Below, one piece after another: positions 17,113 through 21,555 of a DNA stretch of 21,555 nucleotides. A model generated the notes under the pieces. It did no database searches, was not told where the DNA came from, and saw only the letters and a program-made list of their open reading frames with translations. Each line of letters begins with the position of its first letter. Within the stretch, counting starts at the first letter, position 1. A program made the position numbers and the translations under genes. Source of the DNA: Chthoniobacteraceae bacterium (lineage in GTDB: Bacteria > Verrucomicrobiota > Verrucomicrobiia > Chthoniobacterales > Chthoniobacteraceae); the NCBI GenBank assembly GCA_031409655.1, contig JANNXQ010000008.1:1-21555 (forward strand), in the 5' to 3' direction.

Positions 17113-17224
17113 AAGAAGAGGCAAGCCCCCGACCCGCTCGGGGAAATGAAAAGCAGGTCGCGGAAAGCCGATGATTCTGAAAATCCCCGCGAAACCGGAA
17201 CCGGAAAGGCGCACCCTGCTCTCG

Positions 17225-17556
17225 GAAAATGATTTCCCCCGCCGATCTTCGCGAAGACGAGAGCCGAAAATGATTTCCCCCGCCGATCTTCGCGAAGACG
17301 CGAGCCGGAAATGATTTCCCCCGCCGATCTTCACGAAGACGCGAGCCGGAAACGATTTCCCCCGCCGATCTCCACGAAGACGCTAGCCGGAAATGATTTC
17401 CCGCGCCGATCTTCACGAAGATGCTAGCCGGAAATGATTTCCCGCGCCGTTCTTCACGAAGACGCTAGCCGGAAATGATTTTCCGCGCCGATCTTCACGA
17501 AGACGCTAGCCGGAAATGATTTTCCCCGCCGATCTTCGCGAAGACGACAGCCGGAA
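17225..17556. repeat. Tandem array of 8 x 41-bp direct repeats (plus 4 bp), without spacers
   Basis: Units start at 17225, 17266, 17307, 17348, 17389, 17430, 17471 and 17512. Consensus is approximately GGAAATGATTTCCC(C/G)CGCCGATCTTC(A/G)CGAAGACGC(T/G)AGCC, containing the internal palindrome TCTTC(G/A)CGAAGA. Confidence 0.96.
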
Positions 17557-17767
17557 GCCGTTCCTTTTGACGATTTTCGCGCACTTTCCCGCATTTTGCC
17601 GATTTTTGACCAAGGAAGGGGACAGCCTGTCGCACCAAGCGGGGTTTTGCTCGCCGGTTGCTCGGCGGCACGGCTCGGGTGCATGGGCGTGGCGAAAGTT
17701 TCCCGGAACGCTGCTGAACGCCCTTTACCCGGCCCCCTTATCTCCCTAGAACGGGGCCTATCGTCGG

Positions 17768-18133
17768 ATGAAACGCACGAGCGTCCCCCGTGGTCCGCGC
17801 GCGGGTCGGTGCCCACCCCCGTTTCTCAAGAATTCGCTCCTCACCCACCCCACCCGCCCCGTGAAATCTGCCAACAGCCACGCCCGCTACGACATCCGCC
17901 TCCGCACTAACGGCGCGCCCTGCGTGCAGGTCGAGCTGAAGACCCTCGGCATCAGCCCGCGCCGGGCCATGGAGCAGATCGTCTGTGGCAAAAACGACCC
18001 CCGCGACGGCTACACCAAGACTCCCCTCTGCTTCCCCCAGCTCTTCATCGTCAGCAACCGCACCGAGACCTGGTATTTCGCCAAAAACAACGCCCGCCAC
18101 TTCGCGGAGACCGCGCTCGCCCTAGCCGCATGA
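17768..18133 (+). pseudogene. hsdR: Remnant of an EcoR124I-type (type IC-like) HsdR N-terminal nuclease domain
   Basis: From ~17870 the ORF reads NSHARYDIRLRTNGAPCVQVELK..AMEQIVCG..QLFIVSNRTETWYFA, matching the HsdR pattern RYDV.IL.NG.P.VQIELK..A..QI..Y..QLF.ISN...T.YFA. No helicase follows. Start is uncertain (ATG 17768 or GTG 17861). Confidence 0.8.
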
Positions 18134-20493
18134 ACAAAAAAGCCCTAACCGAGACGGACATCCGCACCAAGTTCATTACACCCGCACTTGTCGGACCGAA
18201 CGGAGACAAGTGGAATGTGATGACCCAGGTTCGCGAAGAAGCCTATTTCACCAAAGGGCGCGTCATCGTTCGCGGCAAAACGGTGAAACGTGGCGAGGCG
18301 AAAAAGGCGGACTACCTCCTCTACTACAAACCAAACGTCCCGCTCGCAGTTCTCGAAGCCAAGGACAACAACCACACCGTAGGCGACGGTATGCAGCAGG
18401 CCCTTGAGTATGCCGAGCTGCTCGACCTTCCCTTCGCCTACAGCTCCAACGGTGACGCCTTCCTGGAACACGATCGCACGGTGACCACCGGTACCGTCAC
18501 GCGGGAAATCCCGCTCGACCAATTTCCGACCCCGGAAGAACTCTGGGCGCGCTACTGCGCCGCCAAGGGTTGGACCGAGGGCCAGCAAAAGGTCACCACC
18601 CAGGACTACTACGACGACGGCTCCCGGAAGGCTCCGCGCTACTATCAGCTCATCGCCATCAACCGCACCGTCGAAGCCATCGCGCGAGGAGAGAACCGCA
18701 TTCTCCTCGTGATGGCCACTGGCACCGGCAAGACCTACACCGCATTCCAGATCATCTGGCGACTGTGGAAGTCGGGAGCCAAGAAGCGCATTCTCTTCCT
18801 CGTCGATCGCAACATCCTTGCCGACCAGACGAAGACCAACGACTTCAAGCCGTTCGGCCAGGCGATGACGAAGATCACGAACCGAACGGTCAATAAAGCC
18901 TTCGAGATCTACCTCTGCCTCTATCAGGCCGTCACGGGCACGGAGGAAGACCAGAACATCTACAGGCAGTTCTCCCCGGATTTCTTCGATCTCGTCATCG
19001 TCGATGAGTGCCATCGCGGCAGCGCCGCCGATGACGCGCGTTGGCGGCAGGTGCTCGAATACTTCACGTCCGCCACACAGATCGGCCTCACCGCGACGCC
19101 GAAGGAGACGAAGGAAGTCTCGAACATCGAATACTTCGGCGAGCCCCTCTACACCTACTCGCTGCGGCAGGGCATCTTCGACGGTTTCCTCGCACCTTAC
19201 AAGGTCGTGCGCATCGGCCTCGACAAAGACATCCTCGGTTGGCGGCCCGAACTTGGGCAGGTGGACAAATACGGGCAGCTCATTGAGGACCGCGAATACA
19301 ACCTGCGCGACTTCGACAAGAACCTCATCCTCGAAAAACGCACCGAGCTGGTCGCGGCCAAGGTCTCCGCGTTCCTCCGCACCACCAACCGCTTCGCCAA
19401 GACCATCGTCTTTTGCGAAACCACGGACCATGCCGAGCGCATGAGGCAGGCGATGGTGAATGCCAACCCCGACCTCGCCGCCGCCAACAACAAATACGTC
19501 ATGCGCATCACTGGCGACGACGATGAAGGCAAGGCGCAGCTCGACAACTTCATCGACCCGGAGTCCACCTATCCGGTCGTCGCCTGCACGTCACGGCTCA
19601 TGAGCACGGGCGTGGATGCCCAAACCTGCCACCTCATCGTCCTGGACAAGCGCATCGCCTCCATGACCGAGTTCAAGCAGATCATCGGTCGCGGCACGCG
19701 CATCAATGAGGACTACGGCAAGTTTTTCTTCACCATCATGGACTTTCGCGGGGCGACCGCCTTGTTCGCCGACCCGACCTTCGACGGCGATCCGGTGCAG
19801 ATTTATGAACCCGGCCCGGGCGATCCTCCGGTGCCGCCAGACGAGCCGCCTCCGGGTGGTGAATCTCCCGGGCCGCCCTTGCCGCCATATCCCGGCCCAG
19901 GCCCAGGCGGAGAAGGCCCCGAGCCGCCGAGGCGCTACGTGGTCAACAACGTGCCCGTCAGCGTCTCCGTGGAGCGCGTCCAATACCTCGATGAAAACGG
20001 CCGCCTCATCACCGAGTCGCTCACCGATTACACCCGCAAAACCGTCCGCACCGCCTACGCCACGCTCGACGCCTTCCTCACCATCTGGAACGACGCGGAG
20101 AAAAAGCATGCCGTGCTCGAAGAACTCGCCACCAAGGGCGTCTTCCTCGACGAGTTGGCCGAGCAAGTGGGCCGCCAATACGACGCCTTCGACCTTGTCT
20201 GCCATGTCGCCTTCGATGCCCCGGCGCTGACCCGGAAGGAACGCGCCGACGGCGTGAAGAAGCGCAACGTCTTCGCCAAATATGGCGACAAGGCCCGCGC
20301 CGTCCTTGATGCGCTGCTCCAGAAATACGCCGACAGCGGCATCACCAGCGTGGAATCGCTGGAGATTCTCAAAGTGGACCCGCTCACCGCCCACGGCACG
20401 CCCGTGGAAATCGTCACACTCTTCGGCGGACGTGCCGGCTATCTCGCCGCCATCCGTGAACTCGAAACCGCCCTTTACCAGAAAGCTGCCTGA
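18130..20493 (+). CDS. hsdR: Type I restriction enzyme R subunit, EcoAI/EcoEI (type IB)-like, 787 aa
   Basis: LTETDIRTKFITPAL start, nuclease motif ADYLL..AVLEAK and QALEY, Walker A MATGTGKT, DECHRGS, GLTATP, QIIGRGTR, and an EcoEI_R_C-like C-terminus (D.FDL.CHVAFD.P.LTR.ERA). Confidence 0.96.
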   Translation: MNKKALTETDIRTKFITPALVGPNGDKWNVMTQVREEAYFTKGRVIVRGKTVKRGEAKKADYLLYYKPNVPLAVLEAKDNNHTVGDGMQQALEYAELLDLPFAYSSNGDAFLEHDRTVTTGTVTREIPLDQFPTPEELWARYCAAKGWTEGQQKVTTQDYYDDGSRKAPRYYQLIAINRTVEAIARGENRILLVMATGTGKTYTAFQIIWRLWKSGAKKRILFLVDRNILADQTKTNDFKPFGQAMTKITNRTVNKAFEIYLCLYQAVTGTEEDQNIYRQFSPDFFDLVIVDECHRGSAADDARWRQVLEYFTSATQIGLTATPKETKEVSNIEYFGEPLYTYSLRQGIFDGFLAPYKVVRIGLDKDILGWRPELGQVDKYGQLIEDREYNLRDFDKNLILEKRTELVAAKVSAFLRTTNRFAKTIVFCETTDHAERMRQAMVNANPDLAAANNKYVMRITGDDDEGKAQLDNFIDPESTYPVVACTSRLMSTGVDAQTCHLIVLDKRIASMTEFKQIIGRGTRINEDYGKFFFTIMDFRGATALFADPTFDGDPVQIYEPGPGDPPVPPDEPPPGGESPGPPLPPYPGPGPGGEGPEPPRRYVVNNVPVSVSVERVQYLDENGRLITESLTDYTRKTVRTAYATLDAFLTIWNDAEKKHAVLEELATKGVFLDELAEQVGRQYDAFDLVCHVAFDAPALTRKERADGVKKRNVFAKYGDKARAVLDALLQKYADSGITSVESLEILKVDPLTAHGTPVEIVTLFGGRAGYLAAIRELETALYQKAA

Positions 20494-20496
20494 CCC

Positions 20497-21555
20497 ATGC
20501 CCAACGTCTCCAACCTCGTCAAAACCATCCAGGACATCATGCGCAAGGACGCCGGCACCTACGGCGATGCGCAACGCCTCGAACAGCTCGGCTGGATGTT
20601 CTTCCTCAAAATCTTCGACGACCGCGAAAAGGAAATGGAAGTCCTCCGCGACAACTACAAGTCGCCTCTCCCTCAGCACCTGCGCTGGTCGCAGTGGGCC
20701 ACCGACGACGAAGGCATCACCGGCGACGCCCTCCTCGACTTCGTCAACAACACCCTGCTCCCCAAGCTGAAGGCCCTCACCAGCGGCGGCGACAAGATTA
20801 CCACGCTCATCCGCTCCGCCTTCGAGGATGCCAACAACTACATGAAGAACGGCACGTTGATGCGCCAGGTCATCAACAAGATCAACGGCATCGACTTCAA
20901 CGCCTCCGATGATCGCCACATGTTCGGCGACATCTACGAAAAGCTTCTCAAAGACCTCCAGTCCGCAGGCAACGCCGGCGAGTTCTACACCCCGCGCGCC
21001 GTCACCCAGTTCATCGTCGAGCAGGTCAATCCCCGCCTCGGCGAGACCCTCCTCGATCCCGCCTGCGGCACCGGCGGCTTCCTCGTCTGCGCCATCGAGC
21101 ACTTGCGCAAACAGGCGAAGAACGAGTCCGACGAGCGCACCATCCAGGATTGCTTCGCCGGCATCGAGAAGAAGCACCTCCCGCACGTCCTGTGCATGAC
21201 CAATCTCCTCCTGCACGGCATCGACGTCCCCTCCAACGTCCGCCACGACAACACCCTCGCCCGCCCCCTGCGCGACTGGGGCCCGAAGGAGCGCGTGGAC
21301 GTCATCGTCACCAATCCGCCCTTCGGCGGCATGGAGGAGGACGGCATCGAGTCCAACTACCCCGCCGAGTTCCGCACCCGCGAGACCGCCGACCTCTTCC
21401 TCGTGCTCCTCATGAAGATCCTCAAGCCCGGCGGCCGCGCCGGACTCGTGCTGCCCGACGGCACCCTCTTCGGCGAAGGCGTCAAGACCCGCATCAAGGA
21501 AGCGCTCCTCACCGAGTGCAACCTCCACACCATCGTTCGCCTGCCCAACGGCGTC
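20497..21555 (+). CDS. hsdM: Type I restriction-modification N6-adenine methyltransferase (M subunit), partial; runs off the right edge
   Basis: Not in the ORF track. ATG at 20497, 3 bp after the hsdR stop: MPNVSNLVKTIQDIMRKDAG..AGNAGEFYTPRAVT..LLDPACGTGGFL (motif I)..VTNPPFGG (motif IV)..VLPDGTLFGEG..LHTIVRLPNGV. Confidence 0.96.
   Translation, partial: MPNVSNLVKTIQDIMRKDAGTYGDAQRLEQLGWMFFLKIFDDREKEMEVLRDNYKSPLPQHLRWSQWATDDEGITGDALLDFVNNTLLPKLKALTSGGDKITTLIRSAFEDANNYMKNGTLMRQVINKINGIDFNASDDRHMFGDIYEKLLKDLQSAGNAGEFYTPRAVTQFIVEQVNPRLGETLLDPACGTGGFLVCAIEHLRKQAKNESDERTIQDCFAGIEKKHLPHVLCMTNLLLHGIDVPSNVRHDNTLARPLRDWGPKERVDVIVTNPPFGGMEEDGIESNYPAEFRTRETADLFLVLLMKILKPGGRAGLVLPDGTLFGEGVKTRIKEALLTECNLHTIVRLPNGV

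Noticed and set aside
17225..17556. CRISPR array interpretation of the 41-bp repeats
   Set aside because: Units are contiguous and nearly identical along their whole length, with no unique spacers and no cas genes in the window.
16792..17816. Minus-strand ORFs reading through the tandem array and REP element
   Set aside because: The 41-bp period cycles through all frames, units with the CAC variant introduce TGA stops, and the products are just translated repeats.
18145..21528. Minus-strand ORFs 18145..19431 and 19591..21528 (645 aa)
   Set aside because: Antisense shadows of hsdR and hsdM caused by strong C-ending codon bias.

Overview
High-GC bacterial window, probably from the PVC superphylum (Verrucomicrobia-like; inferred from gene content only). 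From left to right it contains: (1) a minus-strand unit of a membrane sensor histidine kinase, a NarL/FixJ-type response regulator and a 3'-truncated planctomycete-type cytochrome c/DUF1549/DUF1553 (PSD1) protein that is missing from the ORF track; (2) a divergent ~2380-aa secreted mosaic protein with 17-18 ELWxxDGT repeats, five Ig-like choice-of-anchor-D/ASH-type modules and a LamG-like domain; (3) a DHDPS/NAL-family aldolase; (4) a 141-bp hairpin built from heptamers; (5) a two-gene unit encoding a membrane-anchored TIR protein with Lys at the apparent catalytic Glu position, plus a TM/coiled-coil/LytR_C-like protein; (6) a 124-bp REP/MITE-like palindrome and an array of 8 x 41-bp tandem repeats; (7) a remnant of an EcoR124I-type hsdR nuclease domain, followed by an intact EcoAI/EcoEI-type hsdR and a partial hsdM. 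The most notable signals are the apparently inactive TIR pair, the repeat array and hsdR relic ahead of the type I R-M operon, and a two-part extracytoplasmic module shared in reversed order by the kinase and the cytochrome. All family assignments come from motif recognition by eye; no database searches were run.
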